Origin: an uncultured virus (IMG/VR IMGVR_UViG_3300027793_000064)
Lineage: Duplodnaviria > Heunggongvirae > Uroviricota > Caudoviricetes
Direction: 5' to 3' (one strand)
DNA: 20,000 nt
IMG/VR virus record: IMGVR_UViG_3300027793_000064
Below are positions 7,238-15,828 of this stretch, in pieces. A program made the translations under genes and the position numbers. How positions within the stretch are numbered: the first letter of the stretch is position 1; every line of letters starts with the position of its first letter. The notes below the pieces were generated by a model. That model was not told the origin of the DNA. It saw only the letters and a list, made by a program, of their open reading frames with translations, and did no database searches.

Positions 7238-7245
7238 TATTTATA
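7238..7245 (-). promoter_or_regulatory. T4-type late promoter TATAAATA
   Basis: Exact match 25 nt upstream of the endonuclease start codon. Confidence 0.75.
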
Positions 7246-7326
7246 AAAATTCACAATAGAAAAGGTGCCCCAAAGAGCACCTAATCTATTGCCTGCGAAG
7301 ATTGCACCCAACTCAGGCAGTTTTAT

Positions 7327-7767
7327 TTATTGAATCTTCGTATAGACAAATTCCTGATCATTAGTGCTCCAATGAATTTCCTTGATTGTTGGACAGTTCC
7401 TTATGATATAATTGTAACAAATTACACAAGGTCTGCTTTCTCGTAATTCTTTCCCACCATGACCGCCAATTCTACAGATCACGATCTTATGTCCAGGTTT
7501 CCTTGCCTTCAAAAGACAATTTATTTCACAATGAAGATATTGCTTCTGCATAAGACTAGGTTCGTTATACTTATTCGCTGCCATAACAGCAGCATAAAAC
7601 TGTTGAGTATGCGTGATCACATAAGAATTAACTCCAGTTGCAATCACACGATTCCTCTTATCAAGTAAAATAGCTCCCATTTTCTTGGGAGCATCAGATG
7701 CCAGAGCAACGGCAATTGCCTGTTGTAAGATGTGTTTTTTCAGTGGCGATCGAGTTGGCATTGTCAA
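7327..7767 (-). CDS. cytidine/dCMP deaminase-like Zn-dependent protein
   Basis: MGAILL...IATGVN, HCE and PCVIC zinc motifs. Confidence 0.85.
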   Translation of the reverse strand: MTMPTRSPLKKHILQQAIAVALASDAPKKMGAILLDKRNRVIATGVNSYVITHTQQFYAAVMAANKYNEPSLMQKQYLHCEINCLLKARKPGHKIVICRIGGHGGKELRESRPCVICYNYIIRNCPTIKEIHWSTNDQEFVYTKIQ

Positions 7768-8084
7768 ACTTTAAGTTGATAAAAATCATCCCATTCACGA
7801 TCTGTCCATGCGATCATGTCATCTGTACATTGTTGTACATCACCAGAGAATGCAATCCACATTTCTTCATCATCACCAAAATCTTTCATTACTTCATCGG
7901 TTTCCATTTGCTCTAGCAATTCATCATACTGAGTAAGATCATCATCATTGTAGGCACTTTGAATTTCTTTGAACTTATCCTTTGAAATTACAATTTCACT
8001 ATAAACAATTTGCCTACGAACTAGAGTGACATTATCACTATCTGAGTCCTCCATTAGATTTGCAATTTGACTTAGAGTTTTCAT
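7764..8084 (-). CDS. hypothetical acidic protein
   Basis: ORF; start at MKTLSQ abuts the upstream stop codon. Confidence 0.7.
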   Translation of the reverse strand: MKTLSQIANLMEDSDSDNVTLVRRQIVYSEIVISKDKFKEIQSAYNDDDLTQYDELLEQMETDEVMKDFGDDEEMWIAFSGDVQQCTDDMIAWTDREWDDFYQLKV

Positions 8085-8085
8085 T

Positions 8086-8310
8086 TCAATAAACTCCAAA
8101 TAATTCATCTTTAACCCATTCCTCGGCATAAGATCGTCCCTTTACAATCAAATACGAAATACCCATAAAGGCAATATATGCACACATGCAAGTAATATAT
8201 GCAGCACCAAATAGGACTGCAACCAACATGAAAGGAATTGCAAATAGATTCTTTAGTATGACATACCATGGCAACAGATTGTTGGACCAGTTCCGGTTGA
8301 TTTTTTTCAT
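8086..8310 (-). CDS. small membrane protein
   Basis: ORF with a long hydrophobic segment. Confidence 0.7.
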   Translation of the reverse strand: MKKINRNWSNNLLPWYVILKNLFAIPFMLVAVLFGAAYITCMCAYIAFMGISYLIVKGRSYAEEWVKDELFGVY

Positions 8311-8337
8311 TGTGTTTATAGTATTAGTATTACTTAA

Positions 8338-8637
8338 TCAACGACGAATGAGAAGATAACGATTACCGATCTTTTCTTGTGCTCGGCCAGTACGAATACC
8401 ACGCTCATGCAAAAGTTTAATTTCGGCCTTTAGGGCAGGATCGGTCACAGAGACGGTTCTACGGCCATTGCAGACGGTCACAGAGCCTTCTGGGACGCTG
8501 ATCTTGGTCTTTTCGGCAGCATCCATGATACTCATCAGTTCCTGCTCGGCAGCAACAAGCTCTGCAAGAATGGAATCACGCTGCTTTTTGATTGCAGCGA
8601 TCTTCAGAATTGCAACGGAAATGTTGGTGGTGTTCAT
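8338..8637 (-). CDS. hypothetical coiled-coil phage protein
   Basis: ORF with its own promoter (TAGACT at 8659-8664; dyad at 8695-8718). Confidence 0.75.
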   Translation of the reverse strand: MNTTNISVAILKIAAIKKQRDSILAELVAAEQELMSIMDAAEKTKISVPEGSVTVCNGRRTVSVTDPALKAEIKLLHERGIRTGRAQEKIGNRYLLIRR

Positions 8638-8706
8638 GGTGTTGTTTGAACTGAGATCAGTCTAGTGGATGGTGCTGGTTCTGATGGCTGGGCTTGTGCC
8701 GGTTGT

Positions 8707-8859
8707 TCAGGTGTCCATCAGTTGATCAATCTGGTTCTGATAATAGCGAATATCATCAGTGATCGAATTTTGAATGTTTTGATGTGGAGTTGATTCTCGT
8801 TCCTTTTTGAACTTTTGAATCTGTTGCTCCAGTAATCGAATCGTTTCCTCTTTATTCAT
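8707..8859 (-). CDS. small hypothetical protein
   Basis: Manual ORF MNKEETIRLLEQQIQKF..., overlapping the upstream stop codon. Confidence 0.55.
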   Translation of the reverse strand: MNKEETIRLLEQQIQKFKKERESTPHQNIQNSITDDIRYYQNQIDQLMDT

Positions 8860-9010
8860 CACCAAAATGATTTACGACAAAATCTTCGAGTTCTGCATAC
8901 TTTTCTGCACTCATATTCAGAACATATTCCTCAATGATTGTTTGGAGAAGAAAAGGCTCGGTTCTGACCTTTTCTTCCAGAAGATCAATCATTTCGACTC
9001 GTGAATTCAT
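8852..9010 (-). CDS. small hypothetical protein
   Basis: Manual ORF MNSRVEMIDLLEE...; -10 box TATAGT at 9036-9041, dyad at 9071-9094. Confidence 0.6.
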   Translation of the reverse strand: MNSRVEMIDLLEEKVRTEPFLLQTIIEEYVLNMSAEKYAELEDFVVNHFGDE

Positions 9011-9093
9011 GAGAATGATTTGTTTGGGCATTCCTACTATAAAGCCCCCAGTGGAGTGCTGGGGGCATGAGTGGACAGTTTTTAAATTGTCTA

Positions 9094-10122
9094 TTATCCT
9101 TTTGCTCTGCGTCTGAGAGCACGATAGTCTGTGGGCAATTCATCTCTTTCGTCTGCTCTGAGAGCACTACCTGGAGTAAAATCAGTGCGATCACTTCTAT
9201 TTGTTGCTCTCTCAATTCCTCTTCTATTGGCAGCATCTAATCTTGCAGCATTTTGTGCCTCTTTTTTACTCTTTTCCCTTGCTTCTCTTCCTTGTCTTTC
9301 ACGAGCAGCAGCATTTTGTGCTTTTAATACATTAGGATTGATCATATGTCTTAATCCACCTGGACCAGAAACAGACATAATTTGTGCCTCATCAAGAATT
9401 CCATCAATCCATGCCTCTGACATATTTGCCATAATGGTGATGGCATTCTCTTCGGTATCGGCATAACCTTCATCGAGAAGATGTTCGAGAACTACATCAT
9501 AAAGATCTACGGTTTCATTTACCTTTTTGGTCATGTGATCAAATACTTTTTGTGCTCTTGGATCTTTGAGTTTTTGGCCTTTGTTCCATTTTGCACCTTT
9601 TTCTTGTTTTTTGTCGTTCTCTTCAAAAATACTATCAATCCATTCTTCACTCATGTTTGCCATAATGGCCAGAGCATCTTCTTCGGTATTGGCATAACCT
9701 TCATCGAGAAGATGATCGAGAACTACATCATAAAGATCAAATTCTTCTTCCATTCCATATGATGTAGTCTTAGTTGGCTTGGTTGCTGTTGCTTTAGTTG
9801 GTTTCGTTGGTTTAGTTGCAGAAGTTGAAGATGTGGGTGTAATTATTCTAGATCCGCCATTTGGCTTTGAATCCCTGATATATCTACCCTCACTATCAAT
9901 TCTTTCATTGAGTTCATCATAAGATTCAGGAAGACTTGGAGTTACTTTTGGTCCTTTTCTACCTGGATACCTAGTTGCCTTCTTTACTGCCTTGGTGGCT
10001 TTTTGGAGTGCATCAGCATCACCATAATCGCCATGTCTTTGATGATCAACTGCTGCCTTTGCTATTGATTTGATGTCACTATCTTCATAAACAGATAGAT
10101 AAGCTTCGATTAAATCTTCCAT
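9094..10122 (-). CDS. putative late/internal head protein with two LLDEGYA...MSE.W repeats
   Basis: Duplicated domain; ATAAATA late-type box at 10144-10150. Confidence 0.75.
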   Translation of the reverse strand: MEDLIEAYLSVYEDSDIKSIAKAAVDHQRHGDYGDADALQKATKAVKKATRYPGRKGPKVTPSLPESYDELNERIDSEGRYIRDSKPNGGSRIITPTSSTSATKPTKPTKATATKPTKTTSYGMEEEFDLYDVVLDHLLDEGYANTEEDALAIMANMSEEWIDSIFEENDKKQEKGAKWNKGQKLKDPRAQKVFDHMTKKVNETVDLYDVVLEHLLDEGYADTEENAITIMANMSEAWIDGILDEAQIMSVSGPGGLRHMINPNVLKAQNAAARERQGREAREKSKKEAQNAARLDAANRRGIERATNRSDRTDFTPGSALRADERDELPTDYRALRRRAKG

Positions 10123-10146
10123 AAGAATTGGTATATTTTTGATTAT

Positions 10147-10419
10147 TTATTTCTTGAATTGTTTTGCACCGTGGCGTTCAATTTCTTTTGTTTGAATTCT
10201 TCTTTCTGGTGAGCCTGGTTTAGTAGGAACTGGTCTTGGACTATTACTCAAATTGTAAGTTTTTGTTCCATCTGGATCTATCTGCAAATCTTTTGGTTCT
10301 TTAACGACAATTCCTTTTGTGAGTTCTTTTTGTTGTTTTTTGCTGAATTTGGGTTCTTTGTCTTTTTTGTCTTTTTTCTTTTCTGAAAGAATTTGTAGAA
10401 ACTGTTTGAATGTTTTCAT
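10147..10419 (-). CDS. basic protein with capsid-targeting-like N-terminus
   Basis: N-terminus MKTFKQFLQILSE; Lys-rich. Confidence 0.75.
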   Translation of the reverse strand: MKTFKQFLQILSEKKKDKKDKEPKFSKKQQKELTKGIVVKEPKDLQIDPDGTKTYNLSNSPRPVPTKPGSPERRIQTKEIERHGAKQFKK

Positions 10420-10829
10420 TTTGCTTTTGGTTGTGTTTTTGTTCTTCTTTTAAATGGAGAAAACTCCTGATATTTCTTTGGAACTTTTGGTGCAGGAATT
10501 GTTGGGGATTTTGTGATATGCTTGGATGCATATTCTGGACTCATCACAACAGAATGGTGTTTTCTTCCCCAGGCATCAATACCTTGTTGTCCCTGAGTTC
10601 TTTCTACATTCTTTGATTTGGAAGGAACACGAATTGAAATGGTTCTCGTGTCTTTTCCATATCTTTTGCCAAATGCATCTGCAGTTCGAGCAGATGTGGA
10701 GGCATGAACCTCAGATCCTTTGAAACCTGATTTATGAATTTCATCAGCAGAAGATTCTGGTGTTCCATGATAATATCTTTTCATTCGAATTATTTTTGTT
10801 TCTTCAAGAAATTGTGAGAATGTTTTCAT
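10416..10829 (-). CDS. ADP-ribosyltransferase-fold-like protein with capsid-targeting-like N-terminus
   Basis: N-terminus MKTFSQFLEE; YYHGT...I.KSGF...VHASTS..TA.AFG resembles H-type ART/PARP-like motifs. Confidence 0.6.
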   Translation of the reverse strand: MKTFSQFLEETKIIRMKRYYHGTPESSADEIHKSGFKGSEVHASTSARTADAFGKRYGKDTRTISIRVPSKSKNVERTQGQQGIDAWGRKHHSVVMSPEYASKHITKSPTIPAPKVPKKYQEFSPFKRRTKTQPKAK

Positions 10830-11023
10830 GATCTACGATCCTCGATATCCTTAATATCATGCTGTTGTTCTTTATCATAAGCACTTGCACCTTTGATTGT
10901 ACTCTTTACAATATTCGAATGTCTTGTTCTTTTGGAACGATCTAACTGTCTTGCAACAACTTGTTGATTTGGTGTTTGATGTGTGTGCCCAACTTGTTCT
11001 AGAAACTGTGAGAATGTTTTCAT
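10826..11023 (-). CDS. small protein with capsid-targeting-like N-terminus
   Basis: N-terminus MKTFSQFLEQ; ATGA overlaps with both neighbours. Confidence 0.75.
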   Translation of the reverse strand: MKTFSQFLEQVGHTHQTPNQQVVARQLDRSKRTRHSNIVKSTIKGASAYDKEQQHDIKDIEDRRS

Positions 11024-11298
11024 TGTGCTTCCCCATTCATAACTTCTAAAATTTCTTCGATGGGAACGCGAGCCATGATGGCTAGGACATCCTGCTCATC
11101 CAAATTCTCGGAAATAAAGAAATCATAAACAAGATCAAAAAGATTGTCCTCTGTCTGAGATTGTTTAAGTGCCTTTGCGGTTGGAGCACCTTCCGAACCT
11201 GGCTCTCGCATTCTTTCTCCTGAACCGGCTTTTATTCTTTTTCTTTTAGCATGAATGTTATCCCACAATCCTCTCTTTTCGTTAATTGGAAATGTCAT
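11020..11298 (-). CDS. hypothetical late protein with a basic GLWDNIHAKRKRIKAGSGE peptide
   Basis: ORF directly downstream of a late-type box at 11317-11323. Confidence 0.75.
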   Translation of the reverse strand: MTFPINEKRGLWDNIHAKRKRIKAGSGERMREPGSEGAPTAKALKQSQTEDNLFDLVYDFFISENLDEQDVLAIMARVPIEEILEVMNGEAQ

Positions 11299-11316
11299 GG
11301 TTTTATCTGTTTTAGG

Positions 11317-11333
11317 TATTTATTTTCTAAATA
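11317..11333. promoter_or_regulatory. back-to-back late-type promoters
   Basis: ATAAATA on minus (11317-11323) and CTAAATA on plus (11327-11333), between divergent ORFs. Confidence 0.6.
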
Positions 11334-11358
11334 CTTCTATTGTAAAAACAAAACTTTT

Positions 11359-12075
11359 ATGGAAGATCTAACAGAAGCTTATTTGTCAATTTATGATAAT
11401 ATCAATGAAGTCAAAGGATTTGGTGGTAGAGTTGATCCTAATACTGGGAAATTCACTGGTGAAGTATCGAGCCCAAGCCAAAAGGTCTTCCAGCAATATA
11501 CCAAAGATGGCCAACATCTTGCAAGATCTAGATCCATTACACATGGTGAACCAAGCGAATCTGGCGTAGTAAGATCACAAGCAAGAGGCGTAGATGTCAC
11601 CAAGAAAGATCCTGGTCTTGCCATGACTCCAGCAAAAAGAATGGAAACTAGAGCAACTGCATTGAGAGCAAGAGGCCAAGGAAGGAGAGCAAATAAAATT
11701 GATGCAATTAGAACTCGTCCACCTATGGAAGAAGCTTACATGAATGAGAAGCGTCTATATCCTGGTGCACCTGATCTTACACACTCATTTCCTCTTTCCG
11801 ACGAAGAAAAGCAATCAGTGGAAAATATCAGAAATGCTGCAGAGAAAAAAGCAAAAAAACAGGCAGCTGAATCTCCAACCAGGTCTGCGGCAAGAATAAA
11901 AAGAACAACAGATATGAGTAAAGTTAGAGTTGGCGAAACATTTGATGCTTATGATCTCGTTCTCACTCATCTTCTTGATGAAGGATATTGCGATTCACAA
12001 GACTCTGCAGTTAAAATGATGGCTGCAATGTCACAAGATTGGATTGATTCAATCATTGAACAATCTGAACAGTAA
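11359..12075 (+). CDS. putative late/internal head protein, paralog of 9094..10122
   Basis: MEDLTEAYLSIYD N-terminus and C-terminal YDLVLTHLLDEGY...MSQDWIDSI domain. Confidence 0.8.
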   Translation: MEDLTEAYLSIYDNINEVKGFGGRVDPNTGKFTGEVSSPSQKVFQQYTKDGQHLARSRSITHGEPSESGVVRSQARGVDVTKKDPGLAMTPAKRMETRATALRARGQGRRANKIDAIRTRPPMEEAYMNEKRLYPGAPDLTHSFPLSDEEKQSVENIRNAAEKKAKKQAAESPTRSAARIKRTTDMSKVRVGETFDAYDLVLTHLLDEGYCDSQDSAVKMMAAMSQDWIDSIIEQSEQ

Positions 12076-12097
12076 ACTTCTAAATAAAACTAAAACA

Positions 12098-12126
12098 AAA
12101 AAAGGAGCCGCAAGGCTCCTTTCTTA
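12098..12126. terminator. bidirectional intrinsic terminator
   Basis: AAAGGAGCC-GCAA-GGCTCCTTT between convergent ORFs. Confidence 0.85.
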
Positions 12127-12144
12127 TTATGTGATTAAATTAAA

Positions 12145-12726
12145 TCACTTTTTGAGACCAACTGACAGTAGATCATCAACCAGAGAGCTAGCAACTTCAC
12201 CACAATCAGGGCAGGCAGTCGCATACTTTACAATCGAGCGATCTTTGCTGCGTGCAGCTTCAGTTGAATCCTCAACATAATTCTTGACATTCAGACGATA
12301 CATGGCACAGATTGCCTTCATCAGTTCACGATTAGAAGGAGAATCGCTGTACAGATCATAAATGGAACGCATGTAGTTGAAGTCGTTGATACGACGACAG
12401 AAGTTCAGTTTCTCCATAATCATGTCAACTTCTTGGTTGTGGAAGTAATCTGCCAGAACAAGCTCAAAAGATACATTGATCTTTTCGATTGATTGGATAC
12501 GCTGACGATACTCATCAGACATACGATCAATTCGTGCCTGAGTTACTTCACCAATCAGAGAAGTTAGTTCAGGATTGATTTGAACCGTTGCTTGGATTTC
12601 TTCTTGTTCCTGTGGGGCAGCATCTGCAATAGTGGTGCCAATTTGAATTAGCATGTTCTGTGCCTGATCTACACCAGCCTGAAGCTCGGTGATGGTCTGT
12701 TGCAGCTGTTGGATTTGGTTGGTCAC
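12145..12726 (-). CDS. hypothetical protein with an N-terminal coiled coil
   Basis: ORF; probable GTG start at 12726. Confidence 0.7.
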   Translation of the reverse strand: MTNQIQQLQQTITELQAGVDQAQNMLIQIGTTIADAAPQEQEEIQATVQINPELTSLIGEVTQARIDRMSDEYRQRIQSIEKINVSFELVLADYFHNQEVDMIMEKLNFCRRINDFNYMRSIYDLYSDSPSNRELMKAICAMYRLNVKNYVEDSTEAARSKDRSIVKYATACPDCGEVASSLVDDLLSVGLKK

Positions 12727-12790
12727 GATCTGTGAGAAAAAAGAAAAGGAACAGTGTGTAACTTTTAGGGCAAACACATTCCCATAAGAA

Positions 12791-12979
12791 TCAGATAGAA
12801 ATGATCCAGTTTGGATCATTATTCAAGTCTACCCAGAAAAAGTATTTTCTGTTAGTAGAGGCAAGAAAGACCTTTTGGTCCTTCTGTTGTTCGACAATAC
12901 AGGTTGCATTCCCACCCATAGTATTGACAAGCCGGTTCTTGGCTTTGCTGGATTTGGGAGTGACGATGGCGGTTTGCAT
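12791..12979 (-). CDS. small cyanophage-type hypothetical protein, similar to 17150..17350
   Basis: V.P.SS.AK.R...M...C.......L.S.N..Y.F.V..NNDPNW pattern is shared with 17150..17350. Confidence 0.8.
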   Translation of the reverse strand: MQTAIVTPKSSKAKNRLVNTMGGNATCIVEQQKDQKVFLASTNRKYFFWVDLNNDPNWIISI

Positions 12980-13045
12980 TGCCTTGTTGTCGATGAACTT
13001 AGTATAAGGCTTGAGGTTGGGCGGTGGAGTGGTGCTTGTGCCAGT

Positions 13046-13231
13046 TTAGAGATCGAACACCTTGTACTCTCGGTCCTCTTCTTTGTCCATGATCAGCCAA
13101 GTGCTGTCAGGATACCAGCGTTCATCAAATGACATTGATTTTGCAAGAAGTTGTCGAATTGACAAGCTGATCTCAATTAGTGCATCAGAACAATTTGCAC
13201 CACGGTAGACCTTGAATGCGTCGAGAATCAT
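13046..13231 (-). CDS. hypothetical protein
   Basis: ORF in an operon-like arrangement. Confidence 0.65.
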   Translation of the reverse strand: MILDAFKVYRGANCSDALIEISLSIRQLLAKSMSFDERWYPDSTWLIMDKEEDREYKVFDL

Positions 13232-13234
13232 GAT

Positions 13235-13513
13235 TCAAACCTTACGAACTTTGTTTTGGTAGGAATAGGTGTTTGTCTTTAAGTAATACTGGCGGCTGAC
13301 TTCTTTATTGCCGCCAATTTGAAAGTCAGGATCTTCTGGATTATAAGAATCCACATAATTGAAGCCAGCATACTGATCTGTATCGTGAAGAATGCGATCG
13401 AGAACAATGTACATTCCTTTCTTTTCATCGGCACTCCAATGATCGCAACGAAGTTGTGTATTCACAAAGTTAAGAACTTGCTCAACTTGGATGGTTTTGC
13501 GTGGAGTTGCCAT
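13235..13513 (-). CDS. hypothetical protein
   Basis: ORF with dyad at 13574-13597 upstream. Confidence 0.75.
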   Translation of the reverse strand: MATPRKTIQVEQVLNFVNTQLRCDHWSADEKKGMYIVLDRILHDTDQYAGFNYVDSYNPEDPDFQIGGNKEVSRQYYLKTNTYSYQNKVRKV

Positions 13514-13581
13514 TGGAGCTGTCCGATCAACAAAGTCATTATTGCAGGGATTGGGGGATGGCGCAATCCCCCTTGTGCCAC

Positions 13582-13767
13582 TTAGTTGGGTGTCACAGCA
13601 AATTTGCTGTTCGGTCCATACTCTTCCACATAATCAGGAAATGCTCCAATGATTCGTTGTTTGTTATAAGAATCCGCACAACGAATTGCTTTAGATAGAG
13701 CAACCACGAATGAACCACCAAACTGTTCCATTCGTTCGGTCATTTCAAAAATTTCAGTTTGATTCAT
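13582..13767 (-). CDS. small phage hypothetical protein (GGSFVVAL...AD..N...I..AFP motif)
   Basis: ORF from MNQTEIF. Confidence 0.75.
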   Translation of the reverse strand: MNQTEIFEMTERMEQFGGSFVVALSKAIRCADSYNKQRIIGAFPDYVEEYGPNSKFAVTPN

Positions 13768-13772
13768 GATGT

Positions 13773-14243
13773 TCACCAAGATGCCTGATAGTAGAGTTCC
13801 CATTCTTTCTTATAATTCTTGATTATTTTTTCAAGAATGGGAATTGTGTACTCAATGTCTTCGTAATACCAATGATCATAATCTGTTGCCCCAAAAAAGA
13901 ATCCAGATTGAGTTGGCAGCAATTCTCTTGCGACACTACGATCTTTTAGTACAGACTCACAAAGATCTTTGAGTTTTTTAATATCATCCAACTCAACATA
14001 GATTCTTTGGCATTCATCTTTGCCACCACCACATTTGTCCACAAAGAATTTGTGAATGTGATTAGACTTACGCCAGTAACCAATTTGTAATTGCATTTCA
14101 CCAAACTGTAGATCATCTTCATCCACAAATTTGGTTGCCTTGAGCATCCTTGCAATTGACTTTACTTTTTTGCGTTCATCTTCTTTGCCCCAAGATGCAG
14201 AAGTAAAAGTCTGCTTGGCATAAAGATAAGAATCGAGTCCCAT
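13773..14243 (-). CDS. conserved phage hypothetical protein (MGLD...YWRK.N.IH...GFFFG type)
   Basis: Motif pattern recognised from many phage proteins; function unknown. Confidence 0.85.
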   Translation of the reverse strand: MGLDSYLYAKQTFTSASWGKEDERKKVKSIARMLKATKFVDEDDLQFGEMQLQIGYWRKSNHIHKFFVDKCGGGKDECQRIYVELDDIKKLKDLCESVLKDRSVARELLPTQSGFFFGATDYDHWYYEDIEYTIPILEKIIKNYKKEWELYYQASW

Positions 14244-14323
14244 GATTGTGATTTGGACTTACTTGAGTAGTTTAGGTGAAATTGGTTCTTGTGGAGTGAA
14301 TTGTGTGTCAGTTTGGGAATTGG

Positions 14324-14470
14324 TCAATCCTTGTAACACTCGCCAGGAAATGCAGAGGCATAAGATGCACTGAAACAAGAATCTCTTAGTGTAGTGAACA
14401 CAAAAATTCCAGTGATCAAAGAGCAAACTGATGCAATCAAAATCACTGATCCAAGAGAAAAGTGTTTCAT
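14324..14470 (-). CDS. small membrane protein
   Basis: Manual ORF MKHFSLGSVILIASVCSLITGIFVF...; dyad at 14527-14550 upstream. Confidence 0.55.
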   Translation of the reverse strand: MKHFSLGSVILIASVCSLITGIFVFTTLRDSCFSASYASAFPGECYKD

Positions 14471-14558
14471 TTGGATTGGATGAACTGTAGATACAATAGG
14501 GCAGTCTGGTGCTCGTGGAGAAAATGGTGGACGGAAATCGAACCGTCCACCACCAAAT

Positions 14559-15296
14559 TCATGCTGCTACCTTTTGTTTGGCAGAATAGCCACTGAATTG
14601 ACCATTGATTCTACGATTACGAATAGCCTTGCCCCATTTAGACCCTTTTGGTTGAGTATTATGAACCAACAGCGCAAATGGCTTGTCACCAAGGCAATGC
14701 GAATCATCATGATCTACTTCAAGACCAAGTGCCTGTGCATCCTCCTCGTACATCACAACTTTAGCATAACGAGGGAAATATCCTTCATCAATCAGATAAT
14801 CCCACTTACCACCATAAGATGCAGTCATATAGAAATTCTCTGGCAACTTGAAGTTAAGAAACAACTGCAGACTCTTAGAGTAGCAATAGAAGATCAGATC
14901 AGGATTGCGGATTGCGACTTCAATCCAGGCATCCAGATAAACACCAGAGAAAAAATCTCCAGATTCGTGAATGCGAACCTTCTTTGTATTGCGAGTGCGA
15001 TGATGCTGAATGGAATCGTGAATCAAATCAGCTGTAGAACCATCACGAATAGCATCAACGACCATCTGAAAGTTGTTGGCACGATTATAAAATGCAGAAT
15101 CGTACTGAACTTCACCAGAAGCGGCAAAGCAACGAAATTCAGTATGTTCTCCATCTTGAATGTGTCGCTTGCCATTCTCTCCGACTACGGCAAAGGATTT
15201 ACACAGAAGTGCTCCGGGACAAGTCTTCCCGGCAGGAAGATTAAAAATAAGAGTGTTCTTAGAGAGCTTGCCGTTGCCTTTGGTGAAGTTGAGCAT
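14559..15296 (-). CDS. GP88-like Cys-rich phage protein
   Basis: GNGKL...FNLPAGKTCPGA..C...C, RIHESGDFFS and YCYSKS motifs; -10 box TATAGT at 15322-15327 favours the 15296 start. Confidence 0.8.
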   Translation of the reverse strand: MLNFTKGNGKLSKNTLIFNLPAGKTCPGALLCKSFAVVGENGKRHIQDGEHTEFRCFAASGEVQYDSAFYNRANNFQMVVDAIRDGSTADLIHDSIQHHRTRNTKKVRIHESGDFFSGVYLDAWIEVAIRNPDLIFYCYSKSLQLFLNFKLPENFYMTASYGGKWDYLIDEGYFPRYAKVVMYEEDAQALGLEVDHDDSHCLGDKPFALLVHNTQPKGSKWGKAIRNRRINGQFSGYSAKQKVAA

Positions 15297-15376
15297 TGGA
15301 CTGCCTGTGTTCGACAAGCTCACTATAAGCCCACCAGATGCCCCAGGAAGCGGCTTCTAGGACAGTTTCCGTGGTG

Positions 15377-15598
15377 TCACACCAGATTGTTAATTATTTC
15401 CAAAAATTCCTTAAATGTTCTTTCTCTTGGATTGTAATTTGGATTTACATCAGAAGAATATGTTTGACCACCAACATTTCTTCCTAGATTTTGTCTTCTC
15501 TTTTTTTCAAACTCATATCTATTTCCAGGAGACAATCTTCTTCTTGGAATTGGTTTTCCAGTAATTCCAATTTCAGTTTCGTCCTTTTTTCTTGCCAT
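15377..15598 (-). CDS. small basic late protein
   Basis: CTAAATA at 15617-15623 upstream; C-terminal RTFKEFLE. Confidence 0.7.
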   Translation of the reverse strand: MARKKDETEIGITGKPIPRRRLSPGNRYEFEKKRRQNLGRNVGGQTYSSDVNPNYNPRERTFKEFLEIINNLV

Positions 15599-15623
15599 TT
15601 CTAATATCTTTTTAGATATTTAG

Positions 15624-15652
15624 AAAAAAGCGCCTCTTTGATTGAGGCGCTT
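15624..15652 (-). terminator. intrinsic terminator
   Basis: AAGCGCCTC-7 nt-GAGGCGCTT stem with a U tract on the minus strand. Confidence 0.8.
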
Positions 15653-15828
15653 CTTATGACTTCCAATTTTTAACTCAATTTAGTATTGCTCAATCACATC
15701 ATTAGTACGATTATCGACGATATATGCAGAACCAAACTCTTCTGCCATGGAGTAGGCTACATCTCGTGCTTCATCAAGATCTTCGAAATCTTCATGTTCA
15801 GTGTCAGAATGGACGGAATAAGTCATAA

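Noticed and set aside
6414..7326. Group I intron around the endonuclease
   Set aside because: The flanking helicase and deaminase ORFs are intact and separate, and no intron core elements are evident; the gene is free-standing.
11251..11358. N-terminal extension of the plus-strand ORF
   Set aside because: It overlaps the divergent gene and the late promoters; the paralogous MEDL.EAY start supports 11359.
14574..15437. 287-aa plus-strand ORF
   Set aside because: It is the antisense shadow of the GP88-like gene, with no motifs or expression signals.
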